Part shown: positions 7,913 through 17,508 of the stretch, piece by piece
How the letters are laid out: each line of letters opens with the position of its first letter
Position numbering within the stretch: position 1 is the stretch's first letter
Program-made: the position numbers and the translations under genes
Origin: an uncultured delta proteobacterium
GTDB taxonomy: Bacteria > Desulfobacterota > Binatia > Binatales > Binataceae
Reading direction: 5' to 3'
Assembly: GCA_963711565.1 (NCBI GenBank)
Contig: CAVQEQ010000003.1
Location: 448,001 to 512,000, forward strand
Length of the DNA: 64,000 bases
Notes under the pieces: generated by a model
What the model saw: only the letters and a program-made list of their open reading frames with translations
Database searches by the model: none
Told to the model about the DNA's origin: nothing

Positions 7913-9235
7913 ATGGAACATTTGAGTAAGGATGTTCGAAGGGAGCGCGAGTGGCCTGCGTCGGCTCGTATGGCCATCGCCATGATTGCCGCGTTGACGT
8001 TCATTGCGATCGCCGCGGTCGCGCGCGCCGAGGTCAAGCCGGGAGACGTGATCACGCCGGCCAACGCCTCGCAGGTAAAGGATCTCGTTTCGCCGGGCGT
8101 GTACTACAAGGTCGTCAACGGGATGTCGATGAAGATCGTGCCGAGCGGACGCATCGACTGGCCGCCGCCCTACAAGGATGCGACCGAGAAGTATTCGGCG
8201 CAGGTGCGTCTCAGCCGCGACAATCGGAGCCTCGTCGGTTACGTCGCCGGGCAGCCGTTCCCGCTGATCGACACCAACGATCCGGAGGTGGCGACCAAGA
8301 TCATGTGGAACAACGTGTTTCGGCCGCTGCTCACCGACGACTACGACCTGCGCTTCTACGATTGCGAGAGCGTTTACGGCGGGCGCAACAAGCCCAACAA
8401 CGTGATTCAGTATTATCAGATCGGGCACTACGCCGGTTACGATTTGGTGGGACGCGTCGAGGTAGAACCGATGCCGGTCGATCCCGATTTCAAGAAGACC
8501 AACCGGCTGTGGCTGTTCGGGCTCTACCCGGTGCTTTCGCCGCAGGCCGAGCGCGGCAATGGAATTATTCGCTACCGCTATGAGCAGCCCGACCGCGGCG
8601 ATGACGATTGGAGCTGGAATGCCGGCACGCGTAGGGTGCGACGCCTCAACGAGGCCCTCGAGAGCACGGCGACCAGCGCGCAAACCTGGAATCCCGATCA
8701 CTACTCGGGCTTCAACGCCAAGACCGAGGAGTACGATTACAAGTTTCTCGGCGAGCGCGAGATGCTTGGGGTCGCGCACGCCGAGCATTCGCCCGAGTTG
8801 AAATGCTCCACTGACGGCGGTGCGAGCGCATGCCCTGAGGCGTGGGAGATGCGTCATATCTATGTGGTCGAGGCGGCGCCGCGGCGCGAACTGATCTCGG
8901 AAGCGCTACAGAGCAAGACCATCGTTTATATGGACTCCGAGATGTGGTTCCAGCCGTATATCGATGAATACGATCAGCATGGCCAGCTGTGGCTGAATCA
9001 CATCTGGTGGACCACGTATCGCGATCGCCCGGTGCCGGACGCGCGGGTGGCGATCTATCCGTTCAAACGCGAGTTTGAAGTTGGCGCGGTCGCGACTGAT
9101 GTGCAGAGCGGCTTCGCGACGATGTGCTATCTACCGGGCTTGCAAACTCCGGAGCGCGAATGCTGGTACATCAACATGGGCGCGGTGGACAAGGATTTCT
9201 TCACGACCGACGCGATGGTGAAGGCGGCGCCGTAG
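7913..9235 (+). CDS. DUF1329-family exported protein (outer-membrane lipoprotein-sorting-like fold)
   Basis: Signal peptide ending ARA-E; PGDVIT..N, G.PFP.ID.NDP..A.KIMWN, RRVRRL, YKFLGERE; SD GGAGGAG. Confidence 0.85.
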   Translation: MEHLSKDVRREREWPASARMAIAMIAALTFIAIAAVARAEVKPGDVITPANASQVKDLVSPGVYYKVVNGMSMKIVPSGRIDWPPPYKDATEKYSAQVRLSRDNRSLVGYVAGQPFPLIDTNDPEVATKIMWNNVFRPLLTDDYDLRFYDCESVYGGRNKPNNVIQYYQIGHYAGYDLVGRVEVEPMPVDPDFKKTNRLWLFGLYPVLSPQAERGNGIIRYRYEQPDRGDDDWSWNAGTRRVRRLNEALESTATSAQTWNPDHYSGFNAKTEEYDYKFLGEREMLGVAHAEHSPELKCSTDGGASACPEAWEMRHIYVVEAAPRRELISEALQSKTIVYMDSEMWFQPYIDEYDQHGQLWLNHIWWTTYRDRPVPDARVAIYPFKREFEVGAVATDVQSGFATMCYLPGLQTPERECWYINMGAVDKDFFTTDAMVKAAP

Positions 9236-9252
9236 CGGTCAGATCTGTCGAT

Positions 9253-9288
9253 GGGGCGAGGCTCGCGCCCGCCCCGATCGTCTTTTCC
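9253..9288 (+). terminator. Probable intrinsic terminator
   Basis: GGGGCG-A-GGC-TCGC-GCC-CGCCCC hairpin followed by a short T-rich run (TCTTTT), just after the DUF1329 stop. Confidence 0.5.
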
Positions 9289-9322
9289 GAGCGAGCTTGA
9301 CTCATTCCGCGCAGCAGGCTTA

Positions 9323-9363
9323 ATTAACTGATCAGTTAATATTGCTGTTAACCGTTCAGTTAA
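9323..9363. promoter_or_regulatory. Tandem TetR-type operators
   Basis: Perfect 18-bp palindrome ATTAACTGATCAGTTAAT (9323-9340) and imperfect copy TTAACCGTTCAGTTAA (9348-9363); TTGACT at 9297-9302. Confidence 0.75.
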
Positions 9364-9371
9364 TTGGAATT

Positions 9372-10040
9372 ATGTCCGCCCCGCGTACCACTGTCCGTAA
9401 CCTCAACCGCACGCGCGACAAGATCCTCGCCGCCGCACTCGCCGAGTTCTCGGCGCGCGGCTTTGCCGGCGCGCGCGTCAACGCGATCGCCCGGCGCGCC
9501 CGCGTGAACAAGCGCATGCTCTACTATTGCTTCGGCGCCAAGCAGGACCTCTATCGCGAAATCCTGCGACGCAAAATCGCCGACCGCGCCGAGTGGCTCG
9601 AATCCACGCCCGACGACTTCGCCGGAGTGCTCGCACATATCTATCTGTCGGGAGGCACCGATATCGATTTCGTGCGCCTGATGGAGTGGGAGGCAATCGA
9701 CAGCGGCGGCAGAAAATGTATTGCAGAGGCCGAGCGCCGCGCGCTGTTCGAGAAGGCGGTCGCCCGCCTTGCTGTGCTGCAGCGCAAGGGATCGATTCCC
9801 CGCGGCGTCAATCTGACTCAACTTTTCATTTCGATGTTGTCGCTGGCTTTGTTCCCAATGGTCATGCCGCAAGTGATTCGCCTCATCCACGGCATGGAAC
9901 CTACCGACCCTCGCTTTATGCGTCAGCGTGCGAGTTTTTTGCGCTGGCTCGGAGAGCGCCTGATGAGAGGCACGGAGTCCGCACGAGTTCAGCCGCGACG
10001 CCGGCGCATTCCATCCAAAAGGGCCGGTCAGCTCGCATGA
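9372..10040 (+). CDS. TetR/AcrR-family transcriptional regulator
   Basis: RDKILAAALAEFSARGFAGARVNAIARRARVNKRMLYYCFGAKQDLY HTH; start set at ATG 9372. Confidence 0.92.
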   Translation: MSAPRTTVRNLNRTRDKILAAALAEFSARGFAGARVNAIARRARVNKRMLYYCFGAKQDLYREILRRKIADRAEWLESTPDDFAGVLAHIYLSGGTDIDFVRLMEWEAIDSGGRKCIAEAERRALFEKAVARLAVLQRKGSIPRGVNLTQLFISMLSLALFPMVMPQVIRLIHGMEPTDPRFMRQRASFLRWLGERLMRGTESARVQPRRRRIPSKRAGQLA

Positions 10041-11029
10041 GGAAGCGAATCGTACTCATCATCGCGATCCTGATACTCGGCGCCGGTGCGTGGACGGGTT
10101 ATTCGATGCTCTTCACGGACCAGGCCGCGACCGACGACCTGCTCGTTTCCGGCAACATCGAAGCCCACGAAAGCGTCGTCAGTTTCAAGGCCGTGCAATC
10201 GCGCATCGTTGAATTGCCGTTCGACGAGGGCCAGTGGGTGGCGGCCGGCACGCTGCTGGCGCGGCTCGACGACAGCGACTACCGGCAACAGGTCGCGATC
10301 AACGAAGCCGCTCTCCAGGTGCAGGAGCAGCAGCTCACGTCAGCGGTGCAGAAACTCGAGGCTGCGCGCGCGACAGTCACCGACGATAATGCCGACCTCG
10401 GGCAAAAGAATATCGACTACGTCCGCAGTGAGAAGCTCTGGAGCGACAAAATCATCTCCGGCGACCAGCGCGACCATACCGACACCGCGCTCAAGCAGTC
10501 GAATGCCGCGTTGCAACGAGACCTCGCGATGGAGCGCAGCGCGCAGCAAGACATCGAGGTCGCCAAGGCAAACATCCGCAGCGCGAGCGAGAATCTAGAG
10601 CTCGCAAAGATCACGCTCGGCTACACGACCCTGCGCGCACCGTTCTCGGGCGTCATTCTCACGCGTCAGACCGAGCTGGGAGAGGTGATGCAGCCAGGCA
10701 CGCCGGTAGTTACGCTGGCCGATCTCGATCACGTCTGGCTGCGCGCTTACGTGGCCGAAACCGATCTCGGCCGAATCCGATGGGGTCAGGCGGCGACGGT
10801 TCACACCGACACGTATCCCGGCAAAGCGTACCCGGGGCGGATCTCTTTCATCGCGTCGGAGGCGGAGTTCACGCCCAAGAGCGTCGAGACCCACAAGGAG
10901 CGCGTGACGCTGGTCTATCGCATCAAGATTGACGTTGAAAATCCGCGGCACGAACTGAAGCCCGGGATGCCCGCGGACGCGACCATTCACCTCGGCCCGC
11001 CCGAGCAAACCGGCAACAGTCGTGGATGA
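10037..11029 (+). CDS. HlyD-family periplasmic adaptor (YbhG-like)
   Basis: N-terminal TM, VSGNIEA, coiled coil, LRAPFSG, AEFTPKSVET..ER..LVYRIK, LKPGMPAD; ATGA overlap with TetR stop. Confidence 0.9.
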   Translation: MRKRIVLIIAILILGAGAWTGYSMLFTDQAATDDLLVSGNIEAHESVVSFKAVQSRIVELPFDEGQWVAAGTLLARLDDSDYRQQVAINEAALQVQEQQLTSAVQKLEAARATVTDDNADLGQKNIDYVRSEKLWSDKIISGDQRDHTDTALKQSNAALQRDLAMERSAQQDIEVAKANIRSASENLELAKITLGYTTLRAPFSGVILTRQTELGEVMQPGTPVVTLADLDHVWLRAYVAETDLGRIRWGQAATVHTDTYPGKAYPGRISFIASEAEFTPKSVETHKERVTLVYRIKIDVENPRHELKPGMPADATIHLGPPEQTGNSRG

Positions 11030-11963
11030 GAAAACCGTCGTCGTCCGCGACCTGGTCAAGGATTTCCCGGGCGTCCGCGCGATCGATCACCTGAGCTTCG
11101 AGGTCTCGCCGGGTGAAATTTTCGGTATCGTCGGACCCGACGGCGCCGGCAAAACCACCACCATGCGCATCCTCGCTGGAGTGCTCCCGCCCGACGCCGG
11201 CACCGCGACGGTCGCGCAGTGCGACGTGGTGGCCGACCCCGAAGGCGTCAAGAATCTCATTAGCTACATGCCGCAGCGCTTCGGCCTCTATGAAGATTTG
11301 ACGGTGGACGAGAATATCCGATTCTATTCGGACCTGTTCGGGGTTCGCAGACGAGACCGCGAGGCGCGCGCCGCCGAGCTGCTGCGCGCGTGCGGCATGA
11401 GCGAGTTTCGCGCCCGTCAGGCCGGCAAGCTCTCCGGCGGCATGAAGCAAAAGCTCGGTCTCGTCTGCGCGCTGATACATACCCCGCGCGTGTTGCTGCT
11501 CGACGAGCCGACCAACGGCGTCGATCCGGTTTCGCGGCGCGAATTCTGGGCGATGCTCTATTCGCTCGTGGGCCAGGGCGTCACCGTAGTCAACTCGACC
11601 GCATATCTCGACGAAGCCGAGCGATGCCATCGCGTCGCGCTGCTTCATCAGGGTCGCCTGCTGTTCTGCGACTCGCCTGCGCGCCTCAAGTCGCGACTCC
11701 AGGGCTCGGTCGTATCGATCGTGTCGTCCGAGGCGCGCCGCGTCCGCGACGAACTCGCGGCATCCGAGGGCGTATCGAGCGTGGTGCTGGTGGGCGACGC
11801 GGTTCATCTGTTTGTCGATGATGCCGACCGGCGCATCTCCGAATTCAGCGCACGGTTAACCGGCGCGCAGATTCCATTTGACGAGATCGTCCGCGTCACA
11901 CCGACCATCGAAGATCTTTTCGTCGAGGCCGTGCGCAAAGACTCGACTCACGTGGCTGCATGA
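11022..11963 (+). CDS. ABC transporter ATP-binding protein (YbhF N-half-like)
   Basis: GPDGAGKTT, YMPQRFGLYEDL, LSGGMKQKL, LLLDEPT.GVDP. Confidence 0.92.
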   Translation: MDEKTVVVRDLVKDFPGVRAIDHLSFEVSPGEIFGIVGPDGAGKTTTMRILAGVLPPDAGTATVAQCDVVADPEGVKNLISYMPQRFGLYEDLTVDENIRFYSDLFGVRRRDREARAAELLRACGMSEFRARQAGKLSGGMKQKLGLVCALIHTPRVLLLDEPTNGVDPVSRREFWAMLYSLVGQGVTVVNSTAYLDEAERCHRVALLHQGRLLFCDSPARLKSRLQGSVVSIVSSEARRVRDELAASEGVSSVVLVGDAVHLFVDDADRRISEFSARLTGAQIPFDEIVRVTPTIEDLFVEAVRKDSTHVAA

Positions 11964-12923
11964 CACGCCCCAACGGCAACTCGGTCGAAGTTGAAAACCT
12001 GGTGAAGCGTTTTGGCGATTTCACCGCGGTCGATCGCATTTCGTTTCAAACCCGAGCCGGCGAGGTTTTCGGATTCCTCGGACCCAATGGCTCGGGAAAA
12101 TCGACCACGATTCAGAATCCTGTGCGGCTTGCTGCATCCGACCTCCGGCCGCGCGATCGTCGCCGGCTACGACGTTGTCGAATCGCCCGAACTGATCCGC
12201 CGCAACATCGGTTACATGTCGCAGAAGTTCTCGCTCTACCTCGATCTAACTGTGCTCGAAAATTTGCGCTTCTATGGGGGAATGTACGGCGTCCCGTCGC
12301 GGGAGCTGCGAGAGCGCATCGATTGGGCGCTCGAGATGGCGGGATTGCGCGGCCGCGAGTCGAGCCTTACCGGCACGCTGGCCGGTGGATGGAAGCAGCG
12401 GCTGGCGCTGGGCTGCGCCGTTCTGCATCGCCCGCCAATCCTGTTTCTCGACGAGCCGACCTCGGGCGTCGATCCACTCTCGCGCCGGCTGTTCTGGGAG
12501 TTGATTCAGCAGATGAGCAGCGACGGCGTCACCATCTTCGTCACCACGCACTACATGGACGAAGCCGAATACTGCAACCGCTTGGCGCTGATGAATGGCG
12601 GCAAATTGATCGCACTCGGCACGCCCACCGAACTCAAGTTGGGTTCGATCCAGGGCTCGTTGTTGTTGCTCGAATGCGACCGGCTGGGCGACGCTATCGA
12701 GCGCGTCCGCGGCTTCGACGGTGTTCGCGATGTCGCCGTGTTCGGCAATGCGCTGCATCTCGTTGTCGCCGACGCCGCCGATGCACCCGCGATTCGCGCC
12801 GCGCTCGAGGCCGACGCTATCTCAGTAACCGGCCTGAAAGCGATCCGTCCCAGTCTGGAAGATGCGTTCGTCGCATTAACTACTCGACGCGGCGAGGGCA
12901 CCGCGTCGGAGCAGTCGCCATGA
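11960..12923 (+). pseudogene. ABC transporter ATP-binding protein (YbhF C-half-like) split by a one-base insertion near 12110-12113
   Basis: Walker A GPNGSGKSTTI in one frame; RILCGLL...YMSQKFSLY...GGWKQRL...FLDEPT in another; removing one base of ATTC restores the protein; may be an assembly error. Confidence 0.85.
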
Positions 12924-14053
12924 ATCTTCGACGACTGCTCGCCATTTCGCGCAAGGAAGTTATCCAGGTGCTGCGTGATTCGCGCAGCCTGCTGATCGTG
13001 CTGCTGATGCCGCTGATGCTGATGACGACGCTCGGTTACGGCGTCAACCTCGACACCAAGCACATCAAGGTGTTCGCGCTTGATGAGGAAGGCAGCCAGG
13101 CGAGCCAGGACCTTCTCAAGCGCTTTCAGTCCTCCGAGTATTTCGATCTGGCGGCAACCGTCACCGACTACCGTGCGCTGGCGACTGCGCTCGACGACGG
13201 CCGCTGTCAGCTTGCGATCGTGATTCCGTACGATTTCTCGGCGCGATTGCACGACGGACGGCCGGTGTACATACAAGCTCTCGTCGATGGCTCCGACAAC
13301 AACACCGCTGAGCTCGCGATCGGATACGCACAGGGCGTGCTCGCCTCTTACGGCGCCGTCGTTCAGGCGGAGTATCTTCTCAAGTCCCACGCGCCCACGG
13401 TGAATCCCGTGATGTCGGTGGAAGCCCGGACCTGGTTCAACGAGGATCTCGAAAGCAAGAATTTCATTGTGCCCGGCGTCGCCGCGATTGTGATGGCGGT
13501 CGTCGGAGTGTTGCTCACGTCGCTGACCGTCGCGCGCGAGTGGGAGCGCGGTACGATGGAACAACTCATCTCGACTCCCGTGACTTCGCTCGAAATCATT
13601 ATCGGCAAGCTGCTGCCCTACTTCGCGCTGGGCATGTTCGATACCGCCGCCTGCGCCGCGATCGCCGTCTTCTGGTTCCAGGTCCCATTTCGCGGTTCGC
13701 TCATCGCGCTGAGCGTCGGCTCGGGAATCTACTTGATCGCGATTCTCGGGCTTGGCTTCTGGATCTCGGTCGCTACGAAGAATCAGCTCGCCGCGAGTCA
13801 GATCGGTTTGGTGACCGCCTTCCTGCCCTCGTTCCTGCTCTCTGGGTTCACATTTCCAATCGACCAGATGCCAGTCGGCGTGCAGCCGTTTACCTATTTG
13901 ATCGCGGCCCGCTACTACATCGTCATATTGAAGAGCGTATTTCTGCGCGGCACGAGCCTCGCTTTTCTCAGCGGACCTTTGATTGCGCTCGTAATCTATG
14001 CGGCGGTCATGGTGTTCCTGGCCAAACGTTCTTTCCACAAGTCGCTGGCATGA
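12920..14053 (+). CDS. ABC-2 type permease (YbhS-like)
   Basis: RKEVIQVLRD, VDGSD.N, AREWERGTMEQL, LSGF.FPI; ATG 12920 overlaps the previous stop. Confidence 0.9.
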   Translation: MNLRRLLAISRKEVIQVLRDSRSLLIVLLMPLMLMTTLGYGVNLDTKHIKVFALDEEGSQASQDLLKRFQSSEYFDLAATVTDYRALATALDDGRCQLAIVIPYDFSARLHDGRPVYIQALVDGSDNNTAELAIGYAQGVLASYGAVVQAEYLLKSHAPTVNPVMSVEARTWFNEDLESKNFIVPGVAAIVMAVVGVLLTSLTVAREWERGTMEQLISTPVTSLEIIIGKLLPYFALGMFDTAACAAIAVFWFQVPFRGSLIALSVGSGIYLIAILGLGFWISVATKNQLAASQIGLVTAFLPSFLLSGFTFPIDQMPVGVQPFTYLIAARYYIVILKSVFLRGTSLAFLSGPLIALVIYAAVMVFLAKRSFHKSLA

Positions 14054-14062
14054 GAGGCTGAC

Positions 14063-15196
14063 GTGATCGAACGGCTGCGCCAGATTCTACTCAAGGAGTT
14101 CATCCACCTGTTCCGCGACAGGCACGCGCGTTTCTCGCTAATCGTGCCGCCGCTGTTGCAGATGCTGATATTCGGCTACGCTGCGAGCTACGAGGTGAAT
14201 CGCGTCTCGACCGCCGTCCTCGACTACGACCACAGCCAGGAGAGCCGCGACTTCCTCGCACGCTTTACCGCCAGCAGCCGCTTTCAGGTGCGTGACGTGC
14301 TGCAAAGCGAATCACAAATTCCGTCCCTGCTCGATCATCGGCGCGTAGTGATGGTGCTGCAGATTCAGCCGGGCTTTGCCGAACTGCTGCGCAAGGGGCA
14401 GACCGCGCCCGTCCAGGTCGTCCTCGACGGCACTGATTCGAACTCCGCGTTGATCGCGGTCGGGTACATCAATCAGATCGCGGCGCGATTTACCCAGGAC
14501 TATCAACTCCAGCTCGCCGACCGGATGAACCCGACCCTCGCCACCCTCGCGCCTGACATCGAGATCCAGGAGCGCCCCTGGTACAACGCCAACCTCGAGA
14601 GCCGATGGTTTTTCGTGCCCGGCGTGATCGGGACCCTGGTCCTCGTATCGGTGATGACGCTGACCGCGTTCGCAGTAGTGCGAGAGCGCGAGATCGGCAC
14701 GCTCGAACAATTGATGGTTACGCCGATCAGTCCGGCTGAATTGATCGCCGGCAAAACTCTGCCGTTTCTGCTCGTCGGGCTCGCCAACGTTGTAGTCGTC
14801 GCAATCATGGGGACCTTGTGGTTCCAGGTTCCCTTTCGCGGAAATGTCTTCGTGCTGATGCTCGGCACCACGCTGTTTCTGTCGAGCGCGCTCGGCGTTG
14901 GACTGCTGATTTCGACACTTTGCGAGACCCAGCAGCAGGCTTTTGCGATCTCGTTCTTCTACATCTCGCCGGCGATCATGCTGTCCGGATTCGGCTATCC
15001 GATCACCAGCATGCCGACCGCCCTGCAATGGTTCACCAATCTCGATCCGCTGCGCTTCTATCTCATCGTCCTGCGCGGGACTTTCATAAAGGGCGTCGGA
15101 CTGGGAGTGCTATGGCCGCAGATGATCGCGATGGCCATCCTCGGAGCGGCGACGCTTACACTCGCAACGCTGAGATTTCACAAGACTCTGGACTGA
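14063..15196 (+). CDS. ABC-2 type permease (YbhR-like)
   Basis: KEFIHLFRD, LDGTDSN, VREREIGTLEQL, LSGF.YPI..MP. Confidence 0.9.
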   Translation: MIERLRQILLKEFIHLFRDRHARFSLIVPPLLQMLIFGYAASYEVNRVSTAVLDYDHSQESRDFLARFTASSRFQVRDVLQSESQIPSLLDHRRVVMVLQIQPGFAELLRKGQTAPVQVVLDGTDSNSALIAVGYINQIAARFTQDYQLQLADRMNPTLATLAPDIEIQERPWYNANLESRWFFVPGVIGTLVLVSVMTLTAFAVVREREIGTLEQLMVTPISPAELIAGKTLPFLLVGLANVVVVAIMGTLWFQVPFRGNVFVLMLGTTLFLSSALGVGLLISTLCETQQQAFAISFFYISPAIMLSGFGYPITSMPTALQWFTNLDPLRFYLIVLRGTFIKGVGLGVLWPQMIAMAILGAATLTLATLRFHKTLD

Positions 15197-15200
15197 ACAT

Positions 15201-17471
15201 TCACATCGGCGGCCGTGCGAGAGCTGGCCCGTCATTTGCGACCGTCGTCTTGTCGATTCCTTTGACGCCGAAGCTCCTGATCACCTGCGCGAGTTTGGCG
15301 GGAGTCGCGACGGGATTCGCGCACGCCGTTCCTGCGCATACGAAGGCAAGCGGAACTCCCTTCACCGCGCTGGATTCCAACATCGCGCGCGCCGCGGGCG
15401 GTATCGATGCTGCACTGTGATCCGATCCGATTCGCAGCACGATTTTCCCCGGACGATAACTTGCCAACGCCATTCTCCACAAAGCTGCGCCGCGCGCGTC
15501 GCCATTCAGCCCCACAATCGCGACCGTCGCCCCGCCGTTCGCGCGATATTCCAGCGCCAACCCGACCGTCGCGACCGAGTTGCTCAGCATCGCTCCCGCC
15601 ATCGCGGGCGCATTCGCCGTCAGTTCGTTCGCAATCTTCGAATAACTGTCATCGCCCGTAATCAGCGCAAGCTTCGCCGCCGCAATCGCCATCGTCGCTT
15701 GCACCGACGGCATCGGCATGTCGAAGAACACCTGTGCGCTTTGCGGCGACTGTCCAATCACCGTGCCGGCGTCCTCAATGTCGCGATCGATCAGCAAGTT
15801 CGAACCAGTGGCGCGAAAGTTCTTCTCGATGATCGCGGCCAGCACGCGCGCTTCGGCCAGATATTTCTCGTCGGCCGAGTATTGATACGCATCAACCAGC
15901 GCGTCGAGCAGGTAAACCTGGTCGGCGACCAGGCCGCCGACTTGCGAGCGCCCATCCGACCACACGTGAAAGAAACTTCCGTCGGGCGCCCGCATGTGCG
16001 CGACGATGAAGTCCAAATCGTTGAGCGCCGTGCGTTGAAGACCCGAGTCGTCTAGCGCCGCCGACGCCGTCAGGTACGCATCCGCCATCAACGCGTTCCG
16101 ATCGGTCATGACGGCGCGATCGACAGGCGGCACTTTGCGATGCTCTCGCGCAGCGAGCATCGCGTCTGACGCCTTGGCGATCTTCTGGCGCGCTACTTCC
16201 AGCGGGATCTTCAGCCGGGCCGCCACTTGCTCCGGGCTCATCGCGCGTCTCAGCACGATTCGCCCGTCTGGCGCGAGGGCGGGTGCGTCCTCCATGCCGT
16301 AAAATAAGATCGCGGCGCGCGCTTCGTCCGGCGGCAGCCCACGCTTCACTTCATCAACCGTCCACGTGTAGTAGCTGCCGTCGTCGCCCTTGAACGAATC
16401 GGCATCCTGATGCGAGTAGAAGGCGTGCGTACTCGGATCGAGCAGCTCGCGATTCACGTAGCGCACGATCGACTCCGCGACGCGCGCCAAGCCCGGGTCG
16501 CCGCTGGCCTCGTACGCGTTGCTATAGGCGTTCAAGGCCATCGCGTTGTCATAACCAAGCTTCTCAAAGTGCGGCACGCGCCATTGTGCGTCGGTCGAGT
16601 AGCGATGGAACCCGCCACCAAGTTGATCGAATACTCCACCCGCAGCGATTTTCCTCAGCGTGTCGAGCGCCATCGCGGTAAACTCCGGATGCCCGTAGAA
16701 GCCGTGCGCCAGAGCGAGCTCGAGCGCCGGAAAATCGTAAAATCGTGGCCCCGGTCCCGATTCAAATCCCCCTGACTTGCGATCGTACGACATTGCGAGG
16801 CCGGCGAGTATTTGCGCGCGCAGACCGTCGAGTCCTCCCGGTGCAGATAGGTTCCGGCTCGGCGTGGATTTGAGCTTCGCCGCAGTTGCCTCGGCCTCGT
16901 GTTCGAGCGCCGCGCGATCCGTCGCGTACACTTGGGAGATTCGCGCGAGCAGCGGCAGCATCGACGAGTTTTCGCCGCCGCTACCGTTGGGTCCGCTGCC
17001 CGGTCGCGGCGGCAGATATCCTGCTGCGAAAAACAACGCGCCATCGGACGTTGTGAAACACGTCAGCGGCCAACCGCCCGCTCCGGTCAGTTGCGCCGCC
17101 GCATTCTGGTAGTACTCGTCGAGGTCGGGACGCTCGTCGGTATCGACCTTCACCGGCACGAATTGGCTATTCAGCAACGCCGCAACTTGCGGGTCGGCGT
17201 AAGTCGTCGCGTCCATCACGTGGCACCAGTGACACCACACCGCGCCGATGTCGATCAGGATCGGACGATTCAGCGACCGTGCCAATGCGAGCGTATCCGG
17301 ATTCCAGGCTTGCCATCGAATTGCACTCGCGGACGCCTCGCGAAGGTACATGCTTGGGAACGACTTGAGCGCACCGGCCGGCAACGCATTCGCCGCATCA
17401 GGCGCACCGCCGGCCTGCGCACTCAGGATGCAAAGGATCGCAGCTGACGCAAGAATTGTTCGCGTTGACAT
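15201..17471 (-). CDS. YyaL/SPATA20-like protein (DUF255 thioredoxin domain plus alpha/alpha-toroid) with N-terminal signal peptide
   Basis: WCHWCHVM, KVDTDERPDLD, GGWPLT, GGGFHRYSTD..W.VPHFEK..YDNA, FYSHQDAD; start uncertain (17471 or 17498). Confidence 0.85.
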   Translation of the reverse strand: MSTRTILASAAILCILSAQAGGAPDAANALPAGALKSFPSMYLREASASAIRWQAWNPDTLALARSLNRPILIDIGAVWCHWCHVMDATTYADPQVAALLNSQFVPVKVDTDERPDLDEYYQNAAAQLTGAGGWPLTCFTTSDGALFFAAGYLPPRPGSGPNGSGGENSSMLPLLARISQVYATDRAALEHEAEATAAKLKSTPSRNLSAPGGLDGLRAQILAGLAMSYDRKSGGFESGPGPRFYDFPALELALAHGFYGHPEFTAMALDTLRKIAAGGVFDQLGGGFHRYSTDAQWRVPHFEKLGYDNAMALNAYSNAYEASGDPGLARVAESIVRYVNRELLDPSTHAFYSHQDADSFKGDDGSYYTWTVDEVKRGLPPDEARAAILFYGMEDAPALAPDGRIVLRRAMSPEQVAARLKIPLEVARQKIAKASDAMLAAREHRKVPPVDRAVMTDRNALMADAYLTASAALDDSGLQRTALNDLDFIVAHMRAPDGSFFHVWSDGRSQVGGLVADQVYLLDALVDAYQYSADEKYLAEARVLAAIIEKNFRATGSNLLIDRDIEDAGTVIGQSPQSAQVFFDMPMPSVQATMAIAAAKLALITGDDSYSKIANELTANAPAMAGAMLSNSVATVGLALEYRANGGATVAIVGLNGDARGAALWRMALASYRPGKIVLRIGSDHSAASIPPAARAMLESSAVKGVPLAFVCAGTACANPVATPAKLAQVIRSFGVKGIDKTTVANDGPALARPPM

Positions 17472-17508
17472 CCGCCAAATGGCGCGATAGCTGGACATTG
17501 AGCGAAAC

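Noticed and set aside
9527-10036. 170-aa N-terminal extension of the HlyD ORF (similar extensions on tyrA, miaA, YyaL, OMT, FkbM and the acyltransferase)
   Set aside because: They overlap real upstream genes and read as off-frame sequence; downstream coupled starts fit better.
11960-14053. Apparent 697-aa ATPase-permease fusion
   Set aside because: Artefact of the frameshift near 12110; the middle is off-frame sequence and the permease has its own ATG at 12920.
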